NCBI GenBank assembly: GCA_965219455.1
Contig: OZ244744.1
Span: forward strand, 3,424,001 to 3,488,000
Length of the DNA: 64,000 nucleotides
From: Candidatus Latescibacterota bacterium
GTDB taxonomy: Bacteria; Latescibacterota; UBA2968; GCA-2709665
Reading direction: 5' to 3'
Shown: positions 40,073 to 50,630 of the stretch, piece after piece
Layout of the letters: each line of letters starts with the position of its first letter
Numbering within the stretch: the first letter of the stretch is position 1
Notes under the pieces: generated by a model
Databases searched by the model: none
Told to the model about the DNA's origin: nothing
What the model saw: the letters and a program-made list of their open reading frames with translations, nothing else
Position numbers and translations under genes: made by a program

Positions 40073-42502
40073 ATGGATTTCAACTACGCGCAAATTGTCC
40101 CCCTCGCCACGCCAATCGACCGGGAAATGACCTATCTGGTTCCGGACGACATCAAGCAGCAAATTAACGTCGGAAGCAGAGCGCTCGTTCCTCTGGGGCC
40201 CAGGTGGACGACCGGCATTGTCGTCGGTTTTCAAGACCGGACCGAACTGGACAATGTCAAGTCGATCGGTATCCTGCTCGACTCCTATCCGGTTGTCTCA
40301 CCAGACCTCCTCGACCTATGTCGCTGGATGGCGGGCTATTATGTCTGCACCCTGTCCGAAGTCCTCACGGCCGCGCTTCCCGCCGGCATCCACACCCATA
40401 GCGGACAGCGCATCGCTGTTAACGACCTCAACGGCGCTGGTCGAGGGCCGATTACCGCCTTTCAGCGAGAGGTGCTCGACCAATTACAATCGCGGGGCCC
40501 GGCCAGCCTTCGCCAACTGCAGCGTCGCCTGCGCGGCAACGAGATCCGCAGTGCCGTCTACGGACTGATTCGAAGGGGCATGCTGACGACCTATCAGACC
40601 ATTGAAGACCCCCGAGTCAGGCCCATGCAGGAGCGCATGGTTCAACTGGTGCCCGATGCGCGGTGGTTCGAACTCGAATGGCCCGCACTGGAGCGCAGGG
40701 CGCCCAGACAGGCGGAATGTCTCAGGCGCCTCAGGGCTTGTGGGGGCGCGATGCCGACCGCAACGCTTAGCCGCACGGGGATTGGATCCGGTATCCTCAA
40801 AGCGCTGGCGGACCGCAGACTGGTACGGATATTCCAGCGCGAAGTCCGGAGGGACCCATACGCCGAAGTGGAACCCACTCCCCCGGAGCGGCAAACACTC
40901 ACCGCGCATCAGCAGAAAGCCTTAGAGGAAATCGAGTGTTCGTTCAATCCCACAAAATTCCGTCCCTTTCTCCTGCACGGGATCACCGGGAGCGGCAAAA
41001 CGCTGGTCTACATACAGGCCGCCGACCGTATTCTGAAATCCGGGCAGGGCGCAATGATTCTTGTACCCGAGATCTCGCTCACCCCTCAAACGGTACGCCG
41101 CTTCAGATCCCATTTCGGCAACCGGGTCGCCGCCATCCACAGCGCCCTGTCGGAGAGCGAACGCTACGACGCCTGGCGGGACGTCCGCGAGGGCCGACGG
41201 ACCATTGTCATCGGTGCTCGTTCCGCCGTCTTTGCGCCGGTATCGAACCTGGGCCTGATCGTTGTGGACGAGGAGCACGATAGCGCCTACAAACAGTCGG
41301 ATCCGGCACCCCGTTACAACGCTCGCGATGTCGCGGTGATGCGGGCTAAAATGGAAAACATCCCCGTCATCCTGGGCTCGGCAACGCCCGCGCTCGAGTC
41401 TTTTCACAACGTCGAAACCGACAAATTCCATCTGCTTTCACTGCCGGAACGGATCGATTCCCGCCCCCTGCCCGAAGTCACCCTGGTGGATATGAGGAAG
41501 GAAAGCGGCGGCCTCTTTTCACGGATTTTGCGGGAAAAACTCAGGGACCGCCTAACAAAAAAGGAGCGAATCATCCTGCTGCAAAACCGCAGAGGATACG
41601 CTCCCTTCGTACAATGTCTGGATTGTGGCGAGGGGTTACAATGCCCGAATTGCCAGGTCACGCTCACCTACCATGCCCCGGGCCGACGGATGGTGTGCCA
41701 CTACTGCGCCTTCGATACCTCGGCGCCGTCCGTATGCCGCTCCTGCGAGGGAACGAACCTCCGGCTGTCCGGTGTGGGTACGCAGAGGGTGGAAGAAGCT
41801 CTCAAGGAACAATTCCCAGACGTACGCCTTCTCCGCATGGACGTCGATACGACCCGTAGAAAAGGGGCGCACGACCGTATCCTCGAATCCTTCAGGTTGG
41901 GTCAGGCGGATGTTCTGCTGGGCACGCAGATGGTGGCCAAAGGCCTGGATTTTCCCGGCGTTACCCTGGTCGGCGTCATTTCGGCCGATACCGGCATTCA
42001 TTTACCGGACTTCAGAGCCGGAGAACGTACGTTCCAGTTGCTTACGCAGGTGAGCGGCCGGGCCGGGCGCGGTCATTCTCCGGGCGAGGTCGTGATACAG
42101 ACTCACCTGCCGGAGGGCGAAGCCATGCGGTGCGCACGGAAACACGATTTTCAGAAATTTGCTGAACTTGAACTCGAGGGACGACGAAGCGTGCTCTATC
42201 CGCCGTTCGGCCGTATGGCCCTGCTTCTCTTCAAGGGCCGGCATGAACATGATGTCGCCCGTACCGCCGGGTTGTGCGCCGAGGCTCTGCGCGCAATGGC
42301 GGTGCCGGACGTTGACGTCATGGGACCCGCACAGGCGCCGCTTGCCCGTATTCGCAGGAGCTACCGGTGGCAGGTCGTGCTCAAGACGCCCTCATCCAGA
42401 AACCTGAACGTCCTCGCCCGCCGGGCTATGCGCGAATTCGGCCGAAATCGCCGCGCCGCCGTGACCCTGGACGTGGACATCGACCCTGTTTCAATGTTGT
42501 AA
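40073..42502 (+). CDS. priA: Primosomal protein N'
   Basis: GITGSGKT, VPEISLTPQ, DEEH, NRRGY, four CxxC pairs, KGLDFP, QVSGRAGR, DIDP. Confidence 0.97.
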   Translation: MDFNYAQIVPLATPIDREMTYLVPDDIKQQINVGSRALVPLGPRWTTGIVVGFQDRTELDNVKSIGILLDSYPVVSPDLLDLCRWMAGYYVCTLSEVLTAALPAGIHTHSGQRIAVNDLNGAGRGPITAFQREVLDQLQSRGPASLRQLQRRLRGNEIRSAVYGLIRRGMLTTYQTIEDPRVRPMQERMVQLVPDARWFELEWPALERRAPRQAECLRRLRACGGAMPTATLSRTGIGSGILKALADRRLVRIFQREVRRDPYAEVEPTPPERQTLTAHQQKALEEIECSFNPTKFRPFLLHGITGSGKTLVYIQAADRILKSGQGAMILVPEISLTPQTVRRFRSHFGNRVAAIHSALSESERYDAWRDVREGRRTIVIGARSAVFAPVSNLGLIVVDEEHDSAYKQSDPAPRYNARDVAVMRAKMENIPVILGSATPALESFHNVETDKFHLLSLPERIDSRPLPEVTLVDMRKESGGLFSRILREKLRDRLTKKERIILLQNRRGYAPFVQCLDCGEGLQCPNCQVTLTYHAPGRRMVCHYCAFDTSAPSVCRSCEGTNLRLSGVGTQRVEEALKEQFPDVRLLRMDVDTTRRKGAHDRILESFRLGQADVLLGTQMVAKGLDFPGVTLVGVISADTGIHLPDFRAGERTFQLLTQVSGRAGRGHSPGEVVIQTHLPEGEAMRCARKHDFQKFAELELEGRRSVLYPPFGRMALLLFKGRHEHDVARTAGLCAEALRAMAVPDVDVMGPAQAPLARIRRSYRWQVVLKTPSSRNLNVLARRAMREFGRNRRAAVTLDVDIDPVSML

Positions 42503-42629
42503 ACTTTCCAGCCATCCGACTCCCTGGTCGGGAACCGGAATACGACATGCGTTATTCAGGTCTTATAACGTGCGGGACCGTCGGTTGTCGTTTCCAACGC
42601 CGGCAAAGGTGGATGGCCCCGTATTATCC

Positions 42630-44141
42630 ATGCGCTTCCGACACGTCAAATCGCTAGCAAGACACACTGTCGTTTACGGAATGGGCGACATGCTCGGAAA
42701 GGCCACGGGCATCTTTCTGTTGCCGGTCTACGCCCGCCTCCTTTCGCCATCCGAAAACGGCGACATGGCCCTCGCGTACGCTTTTGTCAGCTTCACTGTT
42801 CTCCTGTACGCCCTGGGTCTGAACCATGCGCTCGTCCGCCACCTTGCGGTCGAGCGCGATGCCGCAGGCATGCGCCTCAAGTTCAGCACGTCATACTGGA
42901 CGCTTCTGGCTGTTGGCGTCCTTCTTTCCTGCCTGGTTTGGAACTCTGCGGCACGCCTGGCCGTCGTTTTTCTCAACACCGCTTCCTACACCGACATTTT
43001 CCAGATAGTCGCGGTCATTCTACTGCTGGACACCCTGTCCGAGCCCTTTTTCACGTTGTGCAGGGTGCGGCAGCGATCCGGAATCTACGCGTTTGTGCGG
43101 TTCGTCCAGCACACTCTGCAGCTTGGTCTCACCGTTTACCTGATCGTGTGGGAAGGGCAAGGGGTACGTGCCATTTTCTGGAGCAATCTGGTCAGCTCCA
43201 TTTTTGCCTTTCTGGCGCTGTGCCCAATCGGGTTCCGTGTACTCCGGCCCGTCTATTCGCCATCGATCCTGCGCGAGCTTCTGCGCTTTGGTCTGCCCTT
43301 TGTTCCCTCCGCCGCGGCCCTTCTTCTGATTAACCTTTCGGACCGGTTGCTGTTGAATTTCTTCCTTGGAAAGGATCCCGTCGGGATCCTTCAGATCCTC
43401 TTCCGGTTCTGCCTTCCCATGCAGATGCTTACGCGCGTATTCCGCACCGCGTGGGCGCCGGGCATCCTGGCCATTCCGGACGCAACCGAAGCCCGCACCG
43501 TTGTGGCTCGAACGACCACCTACTTTTCGGCGGGAGCAACCCTGCTACTGCTGGCACTTTCCACCTTCGCCCGGGATCTCATACTGCTGGGATGTGGGAG
43601 CAAGGCCTCCGAATATCTGCCCGCGCAGGGGGTCATCCCCATTGTAACCCTTGCTTTCCTGTTTTCCGGAATATACATTATATTGACAGCTGGAGTTTAC
43701 GCGGAGGGCCGTTCACGCATGCTGCCCCTCGTTGTGGGCCTGGGCGCGAGCGTCAATGTGGGATTCAACCTTCTGCTCATCCCGCGTCTGGGCGTGCTCG
43801 GCGCGGCCTGGAGTACACTGGCCGCCTACGGGGTAATGGTTCTTTTCCTTTATCTCTACACGCGACGGTTTTACCCGGTCGCCTACGAGTACGCCCGGCT
43901 TGCGAAGGTCGCGGCCGCCGGCGGAATCGTTTTTCTTGTTGTATCCGGATTTGTTCCCGATGCGAGCCCGTCGGGAATCGCGTCCCGGTGCATTCTGTTG
44001 CTGGCCTATCCGCTCATCCTGTGGGGCTGGAACTTCCTTGAAACCGGAGAGTGGCAGGATATCCGTCAACTGTTCCGGCTACCGAAGCCGGCAGGCGTAG
44101 AAACAGGTGGATCCTCTGGGGACAGAACCGAAGTCCCCTGA
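42630..44141 (+). CDS. Oligosaccharide flippase family (Wzx-like) protein
   Basis: About 14 TM helices; LLPVYARLLSP, LSDR, NLLLIPRLGVLGAAWST. Confidence 0.85.
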   Translation: MRFRHVKSLARHTVVYGMGDMLGKATGIFLLPVYARLLSPSENGDMALAYAFVSFTVLLYALGLNHALVRHLAVERDAAGMRLKFSTSYWTLLAVGVLLSCLVWNSAARLAVVFLNTASYTDIFQIVAVILLLDTLSEPFFTLCRVRQRSGIYAFVRFVQHTLQLGLTVYLIVWEGQGVRAIFWSNLVSSIFAFLALCPIGFRVLRPVYSPSILRELLRFGLPFVPSAAALLLINLSDRLLLNFFLGKDPVGILQILFRFCLPMQMLTRVFRTAWAPGILAIPDATEARTVVARTTTYFSAGATLLLLALSTFARDLILLGCGSKASEYLPAQGVIPIVTLAFLFSGIYIILTAGVYAEGRSRMLPLVVGLGASVNVGFNLLLIPRLGVLGAAWSTLAAYGVMVLFLYLYTRRFYPVAYEYARLAKVAAAGGIVFLVVSGFVPDASPSGIASRCILLLAYPLILWGWNFLETGEWQDIRQLFRLPKPAGVETGGSSGDRTEVP

Positions 44142-44177
44142 TCGCGTCTCTGCGACAGAGGGAAATACGGAGCATAC

Positions 44178-44525
44178 ATGAAATTGCCGCTAAAGGCGCG
44201 ACAGGCTGCGGGGAAAGTTCGCCGTTTTTTCTTTGTTTACTTCCGAAAACCCTATGTCGCCGAGCAGGCAACCCTCCTGGTGGGCGAATGCAACCGGTGC
44301 GGCAACTGCTGTGAAATTCTTTTCAAATGCCCGTTCGTAATCAAACAGGACGATGGGTTTTCCGCCTGCAGCATCTACGAAGACCGGCCACGCCAGTGCA
44401 GCGCGTTTCCGATCGACGAGCGTTGTCTGGCCGACGTGGAATTTGATTGTACGTTCAGTTTCCAGAAGAATCCACTCCTGGAACCGGACCCGGCGAAACC
44501 ACTGCTTCAGATCGACTCCGATTGA
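44178..44525 (+). CDS. CxxCxxCC (YkgJ-like) cysteine-cluster protein
   Basis: CNRCGNCC, CPF, CSIYEDRPRQC..FP. Confidence 0.8.
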   Translation: MKLPLKARQAAGKVRRFFFVYFRKPYVAEQATLLVGECNRCGNCCEILFKCPFVIKQDDGFSACSIYEDRPRQCSAFPIDERCLADVEFDCTFSFQKNPLLEPDPAKPLLQIDSD

Positions 44526-44561
44526 CCGGAGCCCTGAAACTTCCACTCTTGCACCACGTCT

Positions 44562-44619
44562 AAACCGGGGTTGGGCGCCGGAAAGCGGGGCCCCGCTTTC
44601 CCTTGTCCGGCCCCGGTTT
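44562..44619. repeat. Nested palindrome / long intergenic hairpin
   Basis: aaaccgggg...ccccggttt encloses the perfect 22-nt palindrome ggaaagcggggccccgctttcc (44580-44601). Confidence 0.65.
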
Positions 44620-44649
44620 CACTGAACTGAAGGGATATTCTCGAGAGTG

Positions 44650-45369
44650 ATGAACCGGAAAGAACAGCAGAACAACGCCGCGGGATTACCCGTACGATGG
44701 GGTGTAACATGCGCCGTTTTCTGCCTTCTGACGGTGGGCGCCGCCAGATGCGAGGCGCAGCTGTCAGGTCCACCGGCGTCGTTCACAATGGCGAGGCTCA
44801 AATTCGGGGGCGGCGGAGACTGGTACAACGGGCCCACCGAGATACCCAACCTTCTGGCCTTTATCCGAAGCCGAACGACGATCGATGCGGCAAAGCAGGA
44901 AGCCCGGGTCGAAATCATGGACGAAAATCTTTTTGCCTTTCCTGTTCTCTATCTCACAGGGCACGGAAATATCCGATTTACCGAAGATGAAGTCAGGCGC
45001 CTCCGCACGTACCTTGAACACGGCGGCTTCCTGTTTGCCAACGACGACTACGGACTCGACAAAGCGTTTCGCCGTGAAATCCAACGAACCTTCCCCGACA
45101 AGGAACTGGTGGAGTTGCCGCCTTCGTTCGGCATCTTTCAACACCCATTCCCATTTCCGGACGGCCTGCCCAAGATCCACGAGCACGACGGTAAGCGGCC
45201 ACAGGCCTTCGGCATCTTTCACGAAGATCGGCTTGTGGTCTTTTACAATTACGAATGCGACCTCGGGGATGGTTGGAACGATGCCGCCGTTCACGAAGAT
45301 CCGCCGGAAAAGCGGGATGCCGCCTTGAAAATGGGGACAAACGTCATTGTCTGGGCGCTCACGCATTAG
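44650..45369 (+). CDS. DUF4159 domain protein
   Basis: GGGDWY, YLTGHG, GGFLFANDDYG, PKIHEHD, DLGDGW, MGTN. Confidence 0.88.
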   Translation: MNRKEQQNNAAGLPVRWGVTCAVFCLLTVGAARCEAQLSGPPASFTMARLKFGGGGDWYNGPTEIPNLLAFIRSRTTIDAAKQEARVEIMDENLFAFPVLYLTGHGNIRFTEDEVRRLRTYLEHGGFLFANDDYGLDKAFRREIQRTFPDKELVELPPSFGIFQHPFPFPDGLPKIHEHDGKRPQAFGIFHEDRLVVFYNYECDLGDGWNDAAVHEDPPEKRDAALKMGTNVIVWALTH

Positions 45370-45387
45370 TCGCCCGACCGGCCCGGG

Positions 45388-48300
45388 ATGAAAAGGTGGA
45401 TCCGTAACGTCGCCTCCCGTGCCTCGTTCATGCCGGCAACACTCGCCTCCGTCCTTGCGCCCCGCTCACTTATGTCCAGACCCTTCGCAAATTCCGCACA
45501 CCGGAACCTGCTGCGCAGGCTGTTCGCGCTACGCAGAAGGCAAATTGCCGCCCGCAGCCTGTACGGCGTTGGTTTGACCCTCTGCTGTGGGCTGGGGTGC
45601 TTTCTCATTTTGCTTCTCCTGGAAACCGGCCTGTATCTTTCGCCCGCCGTGAAGTTGGCAGCGGAGGGGGCCGTGGCGCTTGTTCTGGGCGGTCTTGCGG
45701 TATTGTACTGCTTTCGCCCGCTGTTGTTTCCGCCTTCACCCGAAGACGTCGCATTGGAGGTCGAACACGCGTTCGGAGGCCTGCAGCAACGCCTGATCAG
45801 TGCAATGCAACTCTGGGGTCCTGGCAGGGACACCGACTATTCGTCCCGGATGGTCGAAGCCGCCGTAATTCAGGCGGATGAAACCCTCGCGAAGCTTAAC
45901 CTGAATCCCCTGGTCGCCCGCACCCAACCCCTGCGAATGGCTGCCCTTTGCGGCGCGCTCGGCCTGGTCATTCTCGTCGCATTCGCGGTTCTGCCCGGTC
46001 CGCTTACCGCGGCCGCCCGCCGGCTTGCTCATCCCTCGACGGTCTATGTCCGCCCGCCCCAGACGTTTATTGCCCTCCATCCCGGGAGCGCTGAAATCAT
46101 CGCCGGCGAACCCTTTGCGATTACGGCAACCCTCACCGGTCTCGTGCCACTCGATGCCCATATCTTCTTACGGGAAAACGACGCGTGGACACCTCTTGAG
46201 CTTTCGGTCCGCAACGGGCGGATCGCGCACAGGATGCCCGCAGTAACACGGTCGTTCCAGTACCGTCTTCGTGCGAACGACGCGGTAACGCCGGTTTACA
46301 CGGTCACCGCGAAACCCCGGCCGATGGTTGTGCGGCTTCGCCACGACAACCGCTATCCGGCCTATACCCGGCTGGAGGAAGTCCGTGACATAGACGGGGG
46401 CGACATTGTGGCCATTGCCGGAACTTCCACCGCCCTTCATGTCGAATCCAGCCTTCCGTTGAGCACGGCGGAAATCGTCTTCGACGACAGCACCGCTTCC
46501 ACGGCACGGATAGACGGAAGTTTCGCTCTTGTGAATCTGATCGTCAAACAGAACAGGCGATATACAATCGTTCTCCGCGAAACACACGGAATAACCAGCA
46601 CGAATCCTGTAGAATACCGCGTTGTGGCCCTTCAGGACCATCCTCCTGAAATTCGCCTTCTCCGCCCGGGCAAAGACACCGAGCTCGGGGAAAACATGCG
46701 GGTTCCTCTGTTCGTTGAAGCCCGAGACGATTTCGGAGTTGCCCGGATCGAAATTCGTTACCGCCTGAACGATGACGAGGCGGCAGAGGCCCTTCCTTTT
46801 CCCCTGGACGCCATGGGCGACGGAGAACTCACCCAGACCTATGTCTGGGATCTCTCAGGCCTGGACTTGCTGCCGGGCGATCGGGTCGTCTTCCGACTAC
46901 GCGCGTATGACAACAACACCCTGTCCGGCCCCGGCAAATCGGAAACTCCGGACTTCACCATTCGCTTTCCTTCTCTACTGGAAATCCATCGGCAGGCGCA
47001 AAGGGCCCAGGAAGAGGGCCTGGAACGGATGGCAGCCATCCAGGAAGGGGGGGAGGCGGTGCGGGAACGCCTTGAGGAGATTGCGCATCGAGTGTTGAAA
47101 GAACGACAGATGCAATGGCAGCACGGCAAGGAACTGGAAACCGCGATCGATGACCAGGCCACCGCCGCGGAACAGCTCGAGAAAGTGAGCGAGAAACTCG
47201 AAGAAACGCTGGACAGGCTGCAACAGAGCGGACTTCTGGGGGATGAAACCCTTCAAAAGCTGAACCAGATTCAGGAACTGCTCTCCGAAATTGAGACGCC
47301 CGGGTTGAAAGAAGCTATGGAGGAACTCCGCGGCGCCATGCAGCGCGTCGATCCTGAAGCCGTGGAGGATGCCCTGAAGGCGTTCCGCGCCGAACAGGAA
47401 GGGTTTCAACAGTCGCTGGAACGGACGATCGCCCTGCTGCAGCAACTTCGCAAGGAGCAGGCCCTTGAGGCGTTGGTCCGAGCTCTGGAAGCGCTGTCCG
47501 AAGACCAGCGTCGCGTGGTTGACAACATCGGCGATGAACGCGCTCCTTCGTCTCTGGCAGGGCAGCAGGACGCGATTGAGAGGCGGGCCGATTCATTCGA
47601 GGACGAACTTGCGCTGACCGCCGAGAAAATGACGGGGTATCCCAAAGCGGCGAACGAACTGGGACGCCTGGCGGACCGATTTGAAGAGCAGCGGATCTCC
47701 GAGCGAATGCGGCTTGTCAGTCGCGATCTGCGCAAGGGAGCAGCAAGGTCCGCTCGAACCCGCGGCGCAAGGATAACCGGAGATCTCGACAGGTTCGCGA
47801 AGGAACTCAAGGCGGCCAGGCAGGCCTTCGTCGGCCGCCGGAAAGAGGCGCTGACGCGCCAACTCGATCAATTGACGCACAACCTGCTGGGCCTTTCTGC
47901 CGCGCAGGAACAGACCGTGCGCAAGGCGGGGGAAATTTCGCGGGACAGCGATCCAACGGCGCTGGCGATCGAACAAGCCCGTATTCTGGCCGGCGCAACG
48001 CGTCTGGCGAACCACCTGATGGAAGCCGCTCACAGGACCTATTTTGTGACGCCTGAAACCGGCGCCGCGCTGGGTCGGGCGCTCGACAGGATCCGAGAGA
48101 CTGCCGGTCATATCCTGGCCGGCGCCGTTTCCCGGGCAACCGGTTCCGGCCAGGACGCCATGGGCGCCTTGAACGACGCCGCGTTGGCGCTCCGGAGGGT
48201 TGTCAAGGACATCGCCGCTGCCGCTTCTTCGGTCGGTTTTGAAGAAATGCTTCAGCGCATGCAGGAACTGGCCGACCAGCAGGCGGGCCTGAACGCCCGG

Positions 48301-48807
48301 AGTGAATCCATGTTCAACTCCCGGCGCCCGTCGGAGGAGGGCAACGGTCAGCAATTGACCCTTGCTCGCATGGCCGCCCGGCAGAGAGCCATCCAGCAGG
48401 CACTACGGGAAATCCGCCAGCAGATGGGTAGCCGTAGACAGGCGCTGCTCGGCGATCTGGATAATATCGCTTCTGAAATGGAGGCCGTCATTCAGGAGAT
48501 GAAGAACCGGAACGCAGGCAGCCGAACGATGGAGCGCCTACGCAGGATTCTCGCGCGTCTGTTGGATGCCCAGCGATCGATTCAGGAACGCGGCCGAAGC
48601 AAAGAGCGGCACGCCCGGCGGGGATCGGACCTCGCGTACCAGGGTCCGGGTTCGTTGCCCCCGAATCTCGGCGAAGCCGACAACCCGCTCCGAGACCGTC
48701 TCAGGGAAGCGCTCGATGCGGGCTTTGCCACCGAATACCAGCGACTCATCCGGCGCTACTTCGAAGCATTGATGCAGGACGCGCTGAAACGAGAAGATTC
48801 CCGATGA
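45388..48807 (+). CDS. DUF4175-like membrane-anchored protein (Ig-like domains + long coiled coil)
   Basis: N-terminal TMs, DHPPEI, ARDDFG, AYDNN...GP, Gln/Glu-rich coiled coil, YQRLIRRYF end. Start may be 45472. Confidence 0.75.
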   Translation: MKRWIRNVASRASFMPATLASVLAPRSLMSRPFANSAHRNLLRRLFALRRRQIAARSLYGVGLTLCCGLGCFLILLLLETGLYLSPAVKLAAEGAVALVLGGLAVLYCFRPLLFPPSPEDVALEVEHAFGGLQQRLISAMQLWGPGRDTDYSSRMVEAAVIQADETLAKLNLNPLVARTQPLRMAALCGALGLVILVAFAVLPGPLTAAARRLAHPSTVYVRPPQTFIALHPGSAEIIAGEPFAITATLTGLVPLDAHIFLRENDAWTPLELSVRNGRIAHRMPAVTRSFQYRLRANDAVTPVYTVTAKPRPMVVRLRHDNRYPAYTRLEEVRDIDGGDIVAIAGTSTALHVESSLPLSTAEIVFDDSTASTARIDGSFALVNLIVKQNRRYTIVLRETHGITSTNPVEYRVVALQDHPPEIRLLRPGKDTELGENMRVPLFVEARDDFGVARIEIRYRLNDDEAAEALPFPLDAMGDGELTQTYVWDLSGLDLLPGDRVVFRLRAYDNNTLSGPGKSETPDFTIRFPSLLEIHRQAQRAQEEGLERMAAIQEGGEAVRERLEEIAHRVLKERQMQWQHGKELETAIDDQATAAEQLEKVSEKLEETLDRLQQSGLLGDETLQKLNQIQELLSEIETPGLKEAMEELRGAMQRVDPEAVEDALKAFRAEQEGFQQSLERTIALLQQLRKEQALEALVRALEALSEDQRRVVDNIGDERAPSSLAGQQDAIERRADSFEDELALTAEKMTGYPKAANELGRLADRFEEQRISERMRLVSRDLRKGAARSARTRGARITGDLDRFAKELKAARQAFVGRRKEALTRQLDQLTHNLLGLSAAQEQTVRKAGEISRDSDPTALAIEQARILAGATRLANHLMEAAHRTYFVTPETGAALGRALDRIRETAGHILAGAVSRATGSGQDAMGALNDAALALRRVVKDIAAAASSVGFEEMLQRMQELADQQAGLNARSESMFNSRRPSEEGNGQQLTLARMAARQRAIQQALREIRQQMGSRRQALLGDLDNIASEMEAVIQEMKNRNAGSRTMERLRRILARLLDAQRSIQERGRSKERHARRGSDLAYQGPGSLPPNLGEADNPLRDRLREALDAGFATEYQRLIRRYFEALMQDALKREDSR

Positions 48808-50630
48808 AGATGCGGACTTCATCCTGTGCTTTCACGGTTTTTGCGGCCCTTGTCGTACTCTTGCCGGTGAGTCTCCCCGCCGGCACTGTCCGCGAGACCC
48901 TGAAACAGGCCGATGCGAAGAAAGCATCCGGCGACCTGAAGGGCGCGTTGCACCTTTACAGGAAGCTCTTGAAACGGTATCCGAACCGCGCAGACATTCT
49001 CCTCCGTATGGAATCCCTTCTCTTCCGCACGGGGCGCCGAAGCGAAGGCATTCGCCTCCTGGAATCCCATCTTCAAAAGAGACCGCGGGAGAGGTCGGTC
49101 CGTTTCCGCCTGGCGGACGTCCAGTCCGAAACGGGCAACCTGGATGGGGCAATTGCAAACTGGAACCGAATCGTCAAGGAAGCCGCCGATGAGGGAACGT
49201 TTGAGCGGGTTGCGCAACGCCTCCTGAAACACAACCTTCCGTCGCGGGCGCTTTCCGTTTGCCGGCAGGGACGAAAAACCCTGAAAAATCCACGGCTCTT
49301 CGCCAGGAAAATGGCTGAAATCGCCGACCGGCTCGCGCGTTATCCCGACGCCGTCGCCGAATACCTGGTTTTTGTTCGGCAACAGCCGCAGTCTCTCGGG
49401 TTCGTGGAAACCCGCTTCAGGAAATTCGCCCGGGAGGGCGATCAGCAGGAACGGATTCTTGCCACACTCGGCCAGGAGGTCCGGGCCCATCCAGGAGACG
49501 GGATTTCCCTGCGGCTGTTCACGGAATACGCCCTCGCGGCCCGACGCGAGGAGGCGGCGCTGCGGGTCTTTGCGACGTTCTCACGCCTCAATCCAATGCA
49601 AAAATTGCATCTGTTACGTGTCGCCAAACACGCCTTCAACGCCGGCGGGTTCGCGGCGGCGGCCGCCGCCTATCGAATGCTCCTAGACGGCTCCGACGCC
49701 ACCGCCAGGCTGCCCGGCGCACTGTTGGGTTTGGGGAGGGCAAGCGAAGGATTGGCGCAGGTCGACACGGCTGCGGCCCTGTACCGGAGCCTGATTGGCA
49801 AATATCCCGGAGCCTTGTATGCTCTTGAGGCCGGTTATCGGCTGGGTCGTCTCTTGCGCCAGGCCCATCGGGATACCGCGGCCGCACTAGATGCATTCCG
49901 CGCGGTCGCCGCGGCGAAGCGGCGTTCATCCTGGCGTTATCACGCCCTTTTCGAAATCGCGGATATGATGGTTATTGCGGACCGGCTTGCCGAAGCCGAA
50001 TCGGTTTACGGACGTGTCGCACGTGAACAGCAGGGCAAGGAAGACGCTGTCCGGGCTCGTTTCGGCATTGCGGAGTGTCGTTTTTTCAAGGGTGACATCG
50101 ACGCCGCCCGCGCCATCATCGACAGCCTGCTGTCGGGCTCGTCAAATCGATTCACGTTCAATGATGCGCTGGCTCTCTCGGTCCTGCTCGAGCAGGCAGA
50201 CCACGAAGATGTCCGCGTGCTTCAAACCTATGCGGCCGCGTCCAGGCTCGTTCGCCGGCAGAAACCGGATGCGGCTCTGAGCGCGTTCCGGACGTTTGTG
50301 GAAACCCATCCGGGGTCGCGGCTTCTGGATCGTGCCCTGGCAACTCAGATTGCGCTTCTGGACAGACTCGGCAGGTACAACGAGGCCATTCAGACCTCGC
50401 GGCGCCTGCTTTCGAGCGTCCCGTGGAGCCCGCTCTGCCCCGAGGCGATGGTCACCATCGGCAGGATCTACGATCAGAAACTGGGCCAGTACCACGACGC
50501 ACTGCACACGTATGAATCTGTGCTGGCAGCATATCCGCACAGCCTGGAAGCGGATGTCGCCCGGGAACAGGTACGGGCGCTTCGAGAGAAAATAAGAGCA
50601 CTTGAAACCATCCGCAAGGAGCCCGGATAG
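48804..50630 (+). CDS. Secreted tetratricopeptide repeat protein
   Basis: Signal peptide and repeated TPR-like helices ending in YP/HP turns. Confidence 0.85.
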   Translation: MKMRTSSCAFTVFAALVVLLPVSLPAGTVRETLKQADAKKASGDLKGALHLYRKLLKRYPNRADILLRMESLLFRTGRRSEGIRLLESHLQKRPRERSVRFRLADVQSETGNLDGAIANWNRIVKEAADEGTFERVAQRLLKHNLPSRALSVCRQGRKTLKNPRLFARKMAEIADRLARYPDAVAEYLVFVRQQPQSLGFVETRFRKFAREGDQQERILATLGQEVRAHPGDGISLRLFTEYALAARREEAALRVFATFSRLNPMQKLHLLRVAKHAFNAGGFAAAAAAYRMLLDGSDATARLPGALLGLGRASEGLAQVDTAAALYRSLIGKYPGALYALEAGYRLGRLLRQAHRDTAAALDAFRAVAAAKRRSSWRYHALFEIADMMVIADRLAEAESVYGRVAREQQGKEDAVRARFGIAECRFFKGDIDAARAIIDSLLSGSSNRFTFNDALALSVLLEQADHEDVRVLQTYAAASRLVRRQKPDAALSAFRTFVETHPGSRLLDRALATQIALLDRLGRYNEAIQTSRRLLSSVPWSPLCPEAMVTIGRIYDQKLGQYHDALHTYESVLAAYPHSLEADVAREQVRALREKIRALETIRKEPG